From positions 118,548 through 168,385 of IMG/VR virus record IMGVR_UViG_3300046477_000062: DNA of 49,838 bases. One strand, given 5' to 3'. This DNA is from a virus. Its lineage: Duplodnaviria; Heunggongvirae; Uroviricota; Caudoviricetes. The position numbers and the translations under genes are program-made. The notes under the pieces were generated by a model, which saw nothing but the letters and a program-made list of their open reading frames with translations, ran no database searches and was not told the origin of the DNA. Positions 8,429 to 16,173 of this stretch are shown one piece after another. Positions within the stretch are counted from its first letter, which is position 1; the number at the start of each line of letters is the position of its first letter.

Positions 8429-9156
8429 TGGCAGACGATTACGACATCGAAGACAACAAGCATCACTTCAAGGCAAAGTTCGGTTCACCAAAGATTCATG
8501 ATGAAATGATTGCAGGTAAGCCGGGTAAGTTCGGCATCAAACCACAACATGACCATCTCGAAACCATCGCATCACATGGCGACCCAGAACATCACGCGGC
8601 ACTTTCGAAACACCCTAATTGGGTAGTTCGTAACGCAGTGGCGCAATACGGTAATCACGATATACACGACCACTTGATGCATGACGAAGATTCGAGTGTT
8701 CGTCAGACCGTTGCACAACATGGGACCGACAGACATCACGATCATCTGATGCACGATCCCGACCTGTTTGTACGTACTATGACGGCACAGCACGGTTCAG
8801 TACAGCATCAAGATCACCTGATGAACGACTCACATTTCAGAGTACGTCAGAGTGTTGCCGATCATGGCGAAGATCATCACTTCGACAAGCTGATGCATGA
8901 TCCCCACGAAGCGGTTCGACATTCGGTTGCAAGGACGACTGACAATCCCCGACACTTTGATCATCTAATGCATGACAAGGACGCTTCGGTTCGTGCTATG
9001 GTCGCTCGACGTGGCGAAGCGAAACATGCCGCACATTTGATGGACGAGAACAACGAACCCGAAGCACTGGTTCGGAAGTTTGCCCGCGAACGTCATGCAC
9101 ACTTTAATCGGGTTGACGAATCGGTCATGTCCTTCAAGACGTTTTCGGCTAAATAA
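8428..9156 (+). CDS. His-rich HEAT/LRV-type repeat protein C (242 aa)
   Basis: Repeats such as HLMHDEDSSVRQTVAQHGTDRHHD; N-terminal FKAKFGSP; TAATG coupling. Confidence 0.85.
   Translation: MADDYDIEDNKHHFKAKFGSPKIHDEMIAGKPGKFGIKPQHDHLETIASHGDPEHHAALSKHPNWVVRNAVAQYGNHDIHDHLMHDEDSSVRQTVAQHGTDRHHDHLMHDPDLFVRTMTAQHGSVQHQDHLMNDSHFRVRQSVADHGEDHHFDKLMHDPHEAVRHSVARTTDNPRHFDHLMHDKDASVRAMVARRGEAKHAAHLMDENNEPEALVRKFARERHAHFNRVDESVMSFKTFSAK
9150..9155 (+). promoter_or_regulatory. Putative internal late promoter
   Basis: CTAAATA overlapping the stop of protein C, 30 nt before 9186. Confidence 0.5.
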
Positions 9157-9185
9157 TAAACTACTACCCATCTCAAGGCTTACAC

Positions 9186-9971
9186 ATGAATATCAACACA
9201 AGCATCGTCAATGCATACAAACTGGCCCACTGGTCGCAGCTTGACGAAAGCGTTCTTACCGAAGAACAGATTCAATTCATCGTTGAGAACCGGATCGAAC
9301 ATCTGAAGAAGTCGAACCCGGAAATCAGCACGGCGCATGATCCGCACGCACAACATAAAGACGCTGGCGCAATCATCGACCACTTCGCAACGCACGCTGA
9401 TCCGTCGCCCAAGAAGACGAACACGCAATGGATCGTCGGCCAATACAAGAAGGGCAACATCCGACAAGAAGACGCTGGTCGCGTTCATGGCGCATTGTCC
9501 AGCTTCGAGAAGTACAAGGGCAAGCTGGCGAACAAAGACCTGAACAGCTACAAGAAGGTGTCGGACGTTGAAGATGCAACCGCTCCGCACGAAGGCACGT
9601 TCGCTTCGAAGAAGGAAGAAACGCGCGCAGTGAAGCATGAAGGCGCTGATCTGAAGTACGAAGACGATCACATCACGATCCACCACATCAAGAACGAAGA
9701 TGCCGCGAAGCATTACGGCAAGGGCACGAAGTGGTGTACGGCGGCGGATAACAACAACATGTTCTCCCACTATCACGCCGATGGTCCGATCCATGTGATT
9801 CACCACAAGACCGAAAAGCAAGAGAACGGTCAGCCGCGAAAGTGGCAGTTCCATGCAGCTTCCAACCAGTTCATGGACGAGAAGGACAACGAGATTTCGC
9901 ACGAAGACTTCAACAAGATCAAGCCTTCGTTCCATAAGGCCATCGACAAGCATCCTGAAATGGTGGAGTAA
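9186..9971 (+). CDS. Hypothetical protein D with YGKGTKWCT...GPIHVI...KWQFH...QFMD domain (261 aa)
   Basis: Strong phage codon bias; N-terminal L/I-x-E motifs (LDE, LTE, IVE). Confidence 0.85.
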   Translation: MNINTSIVNAYKLAHWSQLDESVLTEEQIQFIVENRIEHLKKSNPEISTAHDPHAQHKDAGAIIDHFATHADPSPKKTNTQWIVGQYKKGNIRQEDAGRVHGALSSFEKYKGKLANKDLNSYKKVSDVEDATAPHEGTFASKKEETRAVKHEGADLKYEDDHITIHHIKNEDAAKHYGKGTKWCTAADNNNMFSHYHADGPIHVIHHKTEKQENGQPRKWQFHAASNQFMDEKDNEISHEDFNKIKPSFHKAIDKHPEMVE

Positions 9972-9976
9972 CTGCA

Positions 9977-10219
9977 ATGAGCGCACTCAACAAAGCCAAG
10001 TTCGCAGAGAAGTATGGTACTGATGCGCTCAAAGCGAAGCACGACCCCATGTGGCAGGAGCATATGGAAGGCATCGACAAGAACGCATCAAAGATCGCTG
10101 ACCTTCCTATGCGCCATGTTCGCGCCGTGTTCAACAAGTACAAAACAGAAGACCCGTTCATTGCAAAGCTGGCAGCGGATCACTTCAACCGAATGGCACA
10201 AAGAGGATGTAAAGAATAA
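9977..10219 (+). CDS. Small helical protein E, possible minimal paralogue of the repeat proteins (80 aa)
   Basis: N-terminal FAEKYGT motif; C-terminal ADHFNRM resembles HAHFNRV of protein C. Confidence 0.7.
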   Translation: MSALNKAKFAEKYGTDALKAKHDPMWQEHMEGIDKNASKIADLPMRHVRAVFNKYKTEDPFIAKLAADHFNRMAQRGCKE

Positions 10220-10863
10220 TGTTCCGCGATAATAGCAACTTCCTTGCGAAGTGGGGTTCACCTAGTCATATCAATCGCCTAACACAAAGCCCGAACGAAC
10301 ATGATCGTCTGGCTATCGCAAGTAAGCGTCCAGAAGAACACCACAAGATGCTCAACGATCCTTCTGAACGAGTTCGAAAGACAATCTCTTACAACACACC
10401 CAACAAGGCGCATCTGGACCACTTCGTCAACGATTCGAGTGAGTTCGTTCGTTCTAATGTCGCGAAGCGCGGACATAAGGAACACTTGGATAAGCTGGTA
10501 CATGATTCCGATTGGGCGGTGCGTGATAGGGTTGCAGCACATGGCCATCCTGAACATCTAGCGAAGCTTGTCGATGACCCACATGAGATTGTCCGCAATC
10601 GCGTGGCATCAAAGGGTGTAGGACACGATAAGTACATCCATGATTCATCATCAATGGTCCGTGGTATGGTCGCGAGTATCGGCAGCGAAGATCACAAGGC
10701 ACATCTGGCTAACGATTCGAACGTGAACGTCCGCATGGAAGTTGCAAAGAGTTCTGAACACCCGGACACCCTAAAGAAACTCTACAAGGATAGCCATCCT
10801 GACGTATCGAGACACGCTCTACGTCATGCCGCCGACCTTGGTATCGATGTGAGGAAAGAATGA
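10219..10863 (+). CDS. His-rich HEAT/LRV-type repeat protein F (214 aa)
   Basis: Repeats such as HLDKLVHDSDWAVRDRVAAHGHPE; N-terminal FLAKWGSP. Confidence 0.85.
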   Translation: MFRDNSNFLAKWGSPSHINRLTQSPNEHDRLAIASKRPEEHHKMLNDPSERVRKTISYNTPNKAHLDHFVNDSSEFVRSNVAKRGHKEHLDKLVHDSDWAVRDRVAAHGHPEHLAKLVDDPHEIVRNRVASKGVGHDKYIHDSSSMVRGMVASIGSEDHKAHLANDSNVNVRMEVAKSSEHPDTLKKLYKDSHPDVSRHALRHAADLGIDVRKE

Positions 10864-11489
10864 GTCAAAGTATGCAATTCCGGGCTAGGTTCGGTACTCC
10901 CAAGATGGTCGATGAAATGCAACATAGCGATGATGCTGATGCACGCGCAGCGGTTGCAGAGAAGCATCCTGATCGACACGCACAGATGCTTGACGATTCG
11001 GATGAATATGTCCGTGCAGAGATTGCGCGACATGGTAACAAGGCTCACTTGGATCATCTGATGAAGGCACCCGACATTCATTCGTCTGACTGGTTGCTTG
11101 GTTCGAATATCGCCCGTAATGGTCATCCCGAACACTTGGATAAGTTAGTCAATCATCCGAGTGAATTGGTGCGTCAGGCGGTGTCTAATCACGGACTAGA
11201 CCGTCACCATGATGTGCTGATGCACGATCAAAGCTATCATGTGCGGTCGTCAGTCGCGGTAAATGGCAACGATAACCATCGTCGCGCGTTGATGAACGAT
11301 CCACACTCAGAAGTACGAAGTAGTGTTGCACGTCATACACACGATCCAGCTATCATGGCGCATCTTGCGAACGATAAGGACCAAAGCGTCCGATGGACTG
11401 CACAGAATCGCCCTAAGCAAATCGAAGCTTCAAAATTGCGCATGAAATCATTCTTAGATCAACACGGTAACGACGAACTTCTACGATGA
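10860..11489 (+). CDS. His-rich HEAT/LRV-type repeat protein G (209 aa)
   Basis: Repeats such as LMHDQSYHVRSSVAVNGNDNHRRA; N-terminal FRARFGTP. Confidence 0.85.
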   Translation: MSQSMQFRARFGTPKMVDEMQHSDDADARAAVAEKHPDRHAQMLDDSDEYVRAEIARHGNKAHLDHLMKAPDIHSSDWLLGSNIARNGHPEHLDKLVNHPSELVRQAVSNHGLDRHHDVLMHDQSYHVRSSVAVNGNDNHRRALMNDPHSEVRSSVARHTHDPAIMAHLANDKDQSVRWTAQNRPKQIEASKLRMKSFLDQHGNDELLR

Positions 11490-11740
11490 AACACGTACTC
11501 TATTTTTCTGCGCCTTGGTGCGCACCTTGCAAGGCGTTCGCGCCGCAATTTAGTGCAGTGATGGATCAGCACTCCGAAGTATCCTACGCCAAGGTCAACA
11601 TCGATGAAGACTTCGAGAAGGCCCGGACGTATGGTGTACGTGCGATCCCCTGCATCGTGCTTCTGGAAGATGACAAAGAAGTCAATCGTCTGGCGGGCGG
11701 TGCAGTCAACAAAGCCAAGCTTGAACAACTACTGAGCTAA
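11486..11740 (+). CDS. trx: Thioredoxin
   Basis: FSAPWCAPCK active site, KVNIDE, YGVRAIP (cis-Pro motif). Confidence 0.93.
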   Translation: MKHVLYFSAPWCAPCKAFAPQFSAVMDQHSEVSYAKVNIDEDFEKARTYGVRAIPCIVLLEDDKEVNRLAGGAVNKAKLEQLLS

Positions 11741-11742
11741 CC

Positions 11743-12231
11743 ATGTCCTACTTCAGCAACTTCCCATCGATCTACTACACCTTTGATAACGTCTCGGCTA
11801 CGCTGACCAAGAATTTCATGGCGCGCGTTGCGGTGTCGGATGCGCTGAAGTCGAACGTCACGCTTTACTCACCATACACCATCATTGACGGCGAAACTCC
11901 TGAGATTGTGGCCGACAAGGTGTATGGTGATCCTCAACTTCATTGGGTCATTCTCTTGACCAATGAAATCATCGATCCGCGATATGACTGGTGTCTTTCG
12001 CAATTGAACCTCGATGCGATGTGTGAGGCGAAGTACACCAACATGTACGCCACGCATCACTATGAGACGACTGACGGCTATGTCGTGGATGCTTCCTATC
12101 CGGGCGCTGTCTCCATCTCGAACTATCAATACGAAGACCGAATCAACGAAGCCAAGCGGACGATCAAGATTTTGAATCCGAACCTTGTGAGTGAGTTTGT
12201 GAAGGAATTCACAACTGCGATGGGTACGTAA
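11743..12231 (+). CDS. gp53: Baseplate wedge subunit, T4 gp53-like
   Basis: MSYFSNFPSIYY...DGETPEIVADKVYGDPQLHWVILLTNEIIDP...YEDRINEAKRTIKIL. Confidence 0.92.
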   Translation: MSYFSNFPSIYYTFDNVSATLTKNFMARVAVSDALKSNVTLYSPYTIIDGETPEIVADKVYGDPQLHWVILLTNEIIDPRYDWCLSQLNLDAMCEAKYTNMYATHHYETTDGYVVDASYPGAVSISNYQYEDRINEAKRTIKILNPNLVSEFVKEFTTAMGT

Positions 12232-13607
12232 TGACAGACGCAATCAAATCAGGCGTCCAGCACGCGGGTGACATCAACATCGTAGACGTATCGCTGATTT
12301 GCGCCAACGGCACGACGATTGACTTGTTGCCCTTCATGGTTGAATGCAACGTGACTGAAGACATCTTCGCCACGTCGCTGTACGGCAACATCGTGATCGC
12401 TGATAGTATCGGCATCATCGAGAACGGCCCGATCATTGGCGAAGAATATGTCCGTGTGGACTTCCAAACACCCGGCATGACTGCGCACATTGCGAAGACG
12501 TTCCGTGTGTTCAACATTAGTGATCGCAACGTGGCCCTCGATGACAAGACGCAAGTCTTCGTCATGCACTTTTGTTCGCCAGAAGTCTACATCGATGCCA
12601 TGAACAAAATCTTCAAGACCTTTGAAGGTCGTGTCGATCAAGTCGCGGCGAACGTGTACACGAACTACCTGAACGTGGCGCGCAACATCATCGTCAATCC
12701 GAAGTCCAATCAGTTCGTTGATTCGGATGATTCGACATCGATGACGATCCTCACTGAGACGGACAACAACATCAAGTTCACATGTCCCGGATGGGGCGCA
12801 CTGAAGACCCTCAGTTGGCTTGCGGCGAAGTCGATAGACAAGGACACCAAGGCATCAGACGGGCTGTTCTATGAGTCTACGCAGGGCTACTATTGGGGTT
12901 CCATTGGCACGATCCTGAGTGCATGGAAGCAGTCCAAGAAGGTTGCGGGCGAGTTCTACTATTCGCCAAGCAATCGACGCATCAATGAGTCGGGTACGGT
13001 CGCGGTTGATGGTGTCCAGTACACGGTCCCGAACCTGAATCGTGATTACAAGGTGGTCGAAGACTTCCAGATCATCGATTCGTTCAATACGTTGAAGTCA
13101 AACGTTTCGGGCTACTACGCAAACCAAGTGCTGACGGTTGACTTGATCCACAAAGGGTACAAGTACAATAACTTCGATTACGTGCAGGACTTTGCGAAGT
13201 ATCCTCACTTGGACAAGTATCCGCCTTTCACGACGAGTCAGTTCCGCAATCCACAGATGGTAACGGAAGTCGCGTATCAGCATCCAAGCCTATTCAACAA
13301 CGCACCGGCCAATATCAACGAACGCGTTGCGGCCATCAAGCAGAACCGGAAGTCGCTACTGGCGGGGTACTCGAATATCAAGATTGAAGTGACCGTACCG
13401 GGACGCACGGACTTTGAGGCGGCAAGCGTGGTTTATTTCGCGATGCCGAAGATGGGACCGAAGGATGGGAGTGATAAGACCGAAGCGTTCGACAAGTACA
13501 TGTCCGGTCTGTATCTGGTGACGTGCATCCGTCACAAGTTCACGCATGACCGCCATACGATGATCATGGAACTTGTGAAGGACTCGTTTGATAATCCGAT
13601 CAAGTAA
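12231..13607 (+). CDS. gp27: Baseplate hub protein, gp27-like
   Basis: EDIF..SLYGNIVIADS...PIIGEE N-terminus, C-terminal VPG...SGLYLVTCIRHKF...MELVKDS; position after gp53. Confidence 0.75.
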   Translation: MTDAIKSGVQHAGDINIVDVSLICANGTTIDLLPFMVECNVTEDIFATSLYGNIVIADSIGIIENGPIIGEEYVRVDFQTPGMTAHIAKTFRVFNISDRNVALDDKTQVFVMHFCSPEVYIDAMNKIFKTFEGRVDQVAANVYTNYLNVARNIIVNPKSNQFVDSDDSTSMTILTETDNNIKFTCPGWGALKTLSWLAAKSIDKDTKASDGLFYESTQGYYWGSIGTILSAWKQSKKVAGEFYYSPSNRRINESGTVAVDGVQYTVPNLNRDYKVVEDFQIIDSFNTLKSNVSGYYANQVLTVDLIHKGYKYNNFDYVQDFAKYPHLDKYPPFTTSQFRNPQMVTEVAYQHPSLFNNAPANINERVAAIKQNRKSLLAGYSNIKIEVTVPGRTDFEAASVVYFAMPKMGPKDGSDKTEAFDKYMSGLYLVTCIRHKFTHDRHTMIMELVKDSFDNPIK

Positions 13608-14466
13608 ACGCGATGCACTGGTTGGGGAAGCTGAAGGACAGATGGCTTCCCAGACTGTTGTTGCAGAAGTCCACGCACGATTGCATGTTGATCGATGAAA
13701 CGTGATCCAGCATGTTCCCATAGGCCGTCTGGAATTCGAATTCCGGGTAGTGGATCGATGGGAACAACGGGTCGGGCAACGAAGGGATTGTTGGGAAGCC
13801 GGGTATCGAGAAGTTGAATATCTGACTGGTCGGCAATCCGCTTTTCATCACGTCTGCCAAGGTCGATGCGCCGGGTACGTTCGCGATCACCATCGCCTTC
13901 ATCTGATCGGCGCTAGGCATTGTCGGCATAGCTGGCATCGATCCGATATGCAGGTTGCCACACACGGAATTGATCAGACCATAGATCGTCTGGGGAAGCT
14001 GCGTGATGTAGGATTTGATCAGGTTCGTCGTCACGGAAATCGACTCGAACTCTGGGATGCGCATATCCGGGAACAGCGGTGAAGGGATGCCGGGAAACGT
14101 GATGCCTTGGGCGATCTTATCCTTCACGGATGCAACCAGATCGGACGGGTTGCCCGAGAGTATGTCTGGGAGCTTCAGGTTGAGGCTAGGAACGGACGGA
14201 AGGATCGAGAGAGGGTCAACACCAAGGAAACCCGTCAGAGGCGTCAGCATCCCTGTGCAGGTCGTCATTAGTTGGTTCGTCTTCAGTTCCGCAATGCTCG
14301 TCACCATCTCGATGTTCGGACACTTCATCGTCGGGAACATTGGAGACGGCAACGTAGGCAGTTGCGGCATCGTGAAGTTGAAGGGCGGGTTCTTCAGGTT
14401 CGGCGCGAACTGGTTATACAGATCGTTGAACGATGGAACCGGCGATGACGTACAGAGATTTGGCAT
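13600..14466 (-). CDS. Proline-rich, Cys-containing late protein with 3 internal repeats (288 aa)
   Basis: LPSPMFPTMKCPNIE / IPSPLFPDMRIPEFE / LPDPLFPSIHYPEFE; TAAATA upstream. Confidence 0.8.
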   Translation of the reverse strand: MPNLCTSSPVPSFNDLYNQFAPNLKNPPFNFTMPQLPTLPSPMFPTMKCPNIEMVTSIAELKTNQLMTTCTGMLTPLTGFLGVDPLSILPSVPSLNLKLPDILSGNPSDLVASVKDKIAQGITFPGIPSPLFPDMRIPEFESISVTTNLIKSYITQLPQTIYGLINSVCGNLHIGSMPAMPTMPSADQMKAMVIANVPGASTLADVMKSGLPTSQIFNFSIPGFPTIPSLPDPLFPSIHYPEFEFQTAYGNMLDHVSSINMQSCVDFCNNSLGSHLSFSFPNQCIAFT

Positions 14467-14467
14467 G

Positions 14468-14497
14468 ATAGTAGATCGGAGTGCGATCTACTATTTA
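14468..14497 (-). promoter_or_regulatory. Late promoter overlapping an 11-bp hairpin next to the start codon
   Basis: ATAGTAGATCG (14468-14478) / CGATCTACTAT (14484-14494); TAAATA on minus strand at 14492-14497. Confidence 0.6.
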
Positions 14498-14713
14498 ACT
14501 CTCATGGTCACAGAAGTGTTGGATCGTTTCCCATGATTCTGTGACCTCTGGGGCAGCATCCAGATAGCCGTCGAAGTCATCGAAGGTGGTGTAGCATCCA
14601 ACGGCTGCGACACGTTCTACGTAGCGCCATGTCGATTCTTGGTTCATGGACATGTAGTGACGAAGCTTGCGGTAACGTGCCGCGTCGATGCGGTCTTGTT
14701 CATTCTGCGTCAT
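14495..14713 (-). CDS. Hypothetical protein (72 aa)
   Basis: DAARYRKLR motif reminiscent of small phage proteins; coupled to upstream ORF. Confidence 0.7.
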   Translation of the reverse strand: MTQNEQDRIDAARYRKLRHYMSMNQESTWRYVERVAAVGCYTTFDDFDGYLDAAPEVTESWETIQHFCDHES

Positions 14714-14891
14714 GGATCATCCTATTCAGTAGGTCTTCGATCTTCCATGCGTCGATGTACTTCAGATTGTATTCCTCAGTATCACCACGGCGGGCATAGT
14801 AGTCGGTCGATGGGACCATGATCGTCATCGAATCGGAACACTCAAGAATGATGTTCTTGAGTTCCATCAGTTGAAGTTTTGTAAAGGCCAT
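14700..14891 (-). CDS. Hypothetical protein (63 aa)
   Basis: Start re-called to MAFTKLQ at 14891. Confidence 0.6.
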   Translation of the reverse strand: MAFTKLQLMELKNIILECSDSMTIMVPSTDYYARRGDTEEYNLKYIDAWKIEDLLNRMIHDAE

Positions 14892-15082
14892 TCCGTATTC
14901 ACCATCAGGGGACAAGTTCGATGGAACTGTCCGTTTTTGTAGGGGTCCGTGACATCGCGTTCGGTGAGATGACATTCGTACCACACGGTGTGATAACCCA
15001 CATCACCATACTCGTAATCATCGACCATCGTCTTCGAATGAACGCACTCGCGACAAGAGATTGGTCCTTTGAGGATTGTCAC
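14867..15082 (-). CDS. Small Cys/His-containing protein (71 aa)
   Basis: CRECVH...ECH...TCP; ATGA-coupled. Confidence 0.65.
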   Translation of the reverse strand: MTILKGPISCRECVHSKTMVDDYEYGDVGYHTVWYECHLTERDVTDPYKNGQFHRTCPLMVNTEWPLQNFN

Positions 15083-15312
15083 GATCTGAATTCCATGAAG
15101 GACGAAAAGTAGTCGATCATCTGACGCTTTTCTTCGTCCGCATTGAAGTAGTACGCAACACGTTCGGCTTCTTCTCGCGTCCTGTACTTCAACACCTTGC
15201 CGCTTCGCGCTGCATAGGCCACGACATCATCTTGAACGATGGCAACACGATAAGGCTTGCCGAAGAAACCAACATCGACGGTCCCGACGACCCATTTTGA
15301 TTTAGTTGTCAT
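15079..15312 (-). CDS. Hypothetical protein (77 aa), paralogue of 15309-15527
   Basis: ATGA coupling; aligns by eye with upstream ORF. Confidence 0.7.
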   Translation of the reverse strand: MTTKSKWVVGTVDVGFFGKPYRVAIVQDDVVAYAARSGKVLKYRTREEAERVAYYFNADEEKRQMIDYFSSFMEFRS

Positions 15313-15527
15313 CTTCCCAATTTCTCACTCACTATGCCGTCAACTTGAAGACGAAGTTCTTCCGGTGCGTTCAGGTATTTCGCCATCACATTCGCATGGT
15401 CGAATGTCTTGAACTTCATCACTCGCATATCTGCGATCAGAAAGCCCGTTCCTGTTTCTGTGGAAACAGCCACGCGCCACGGCGTGATGAATCCGCCTAC
15501 GTGCATCGGATACCATTCAGTTTTCAT
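15309..15527 (-). CDS. Hypothetical protein (72 aa), paralogue of 15079-15312
   Basis: Start re-called to MKTEWYP at 15527, avoiding a 167-nt overlap. Confidence 0.65.
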   Translation of the reverse strand: MKTEWYPMHVGGFITPWRVAVSTETGTGFLIADMRVMKFKTFDHANVMAKYLNAPEELRLQVDGIVSEKLGR

Positions 15528-15915
15528 TGTGCCAACCCAATACGGTACAGTTCCAATCATTCCACTCGCGGATGGCCTGATGAAAGTTCTCATAGGCCCG
15601 GTCCCGCTTCTCGTTACATCCAAATACCATCGACCCGGATCGTTCTGCACGATCTTCCTTCGATGCGCCCCACAACCAGACACGTTCCGTCTGAATGTCC
15701 ATCACTGACCGCGAGATGACCTCATACCCGTTCGATGCACGGAACGTGTAGAAGGGGCCATCATCGTCACCATGCCACGTCACGCGGGTATCCGGCGACT
15801 GATACAGGATGTCGAACGTCAGGCGCTTCGTGGTCTTGACGAGACGGTACGTGATAAGGTCCAAGATCACCAGTTCCGGCGTCTCGACTCCCATTCCGTT
15901 ATTCACTCTGTTCAT
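15517..15915 (-). CDS. Hypothetical protein (~132 aa)
   Basis: Coding-like ORF; start uncertain (15957, 15915 or 15894). Confidence 0.65.
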   Translation of the reverse strand: MNRVNNGMGVETPELVILDLITYRLVKTTKRLTFDILYQSPDTRVTWHGDDDGPFYTFRASNGYEVISRSVMDIQTERVWLWGASKEDRAERSGSMVFGCNEKRDRAYENFHQAIREWNDWNCTVLGWHNEN

Positions 15916-16084
15916 CAAGTTGTTCCACTTCTTTATTTGTTCTACTTCGTACTGCATTCTTTTTACTCGTCTCCATCATTAGCGGGACGCATGTATCGCC
16001 CATCCACTTCACCACGCCATTCTTCTTGCCGCTATGACGGCGTAGGCGATTGATCCATTGTCTAAGTTCTTTCGACGCTTTCAT
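15899..16084 (-). CDS. Small basic hypothetical protein (61 aa)
   Basis: ATGA-coupled to 16081-16173. Confidence 0.5.
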   Translation of the reverse strand: MKASKELRQWINRLRRHSGKKNGVVKWMGDTCVPLMMETSKKNAVRSRTNKEVEQLDEQSE

Positions 16085-16173
16085 CGACGTTCACACAAAC
16101 AGAACCACGTCCAACCAACTTTCCATCGCTGACATCGACAACGCGGGCATCGATTATCAGAAGTGTTCTTCAT
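16081..16173 (-). CDS. Cys/Trp-rich micro-protein (30 aa), not in ORF track
   Basis: MKNTSDNRCPRCRCQRWKVGWTWFCLCERR; fills the gap exactly, stop overlaps next ATG (ATGA). Confidence 0.5.
   Translation of the reverse strand: MKNTSDNRCPRCRCQRWKVGWTWFCLCERR

Noticed and set aside
7193-11489. Regular ~72-nt periodicity as a possible CRISPR array or DNA repeat
   Set aside because: Periodicity is at protein level within intact ORFs, with divergent synonymous sites; no identical direct repeats with unique spacers.
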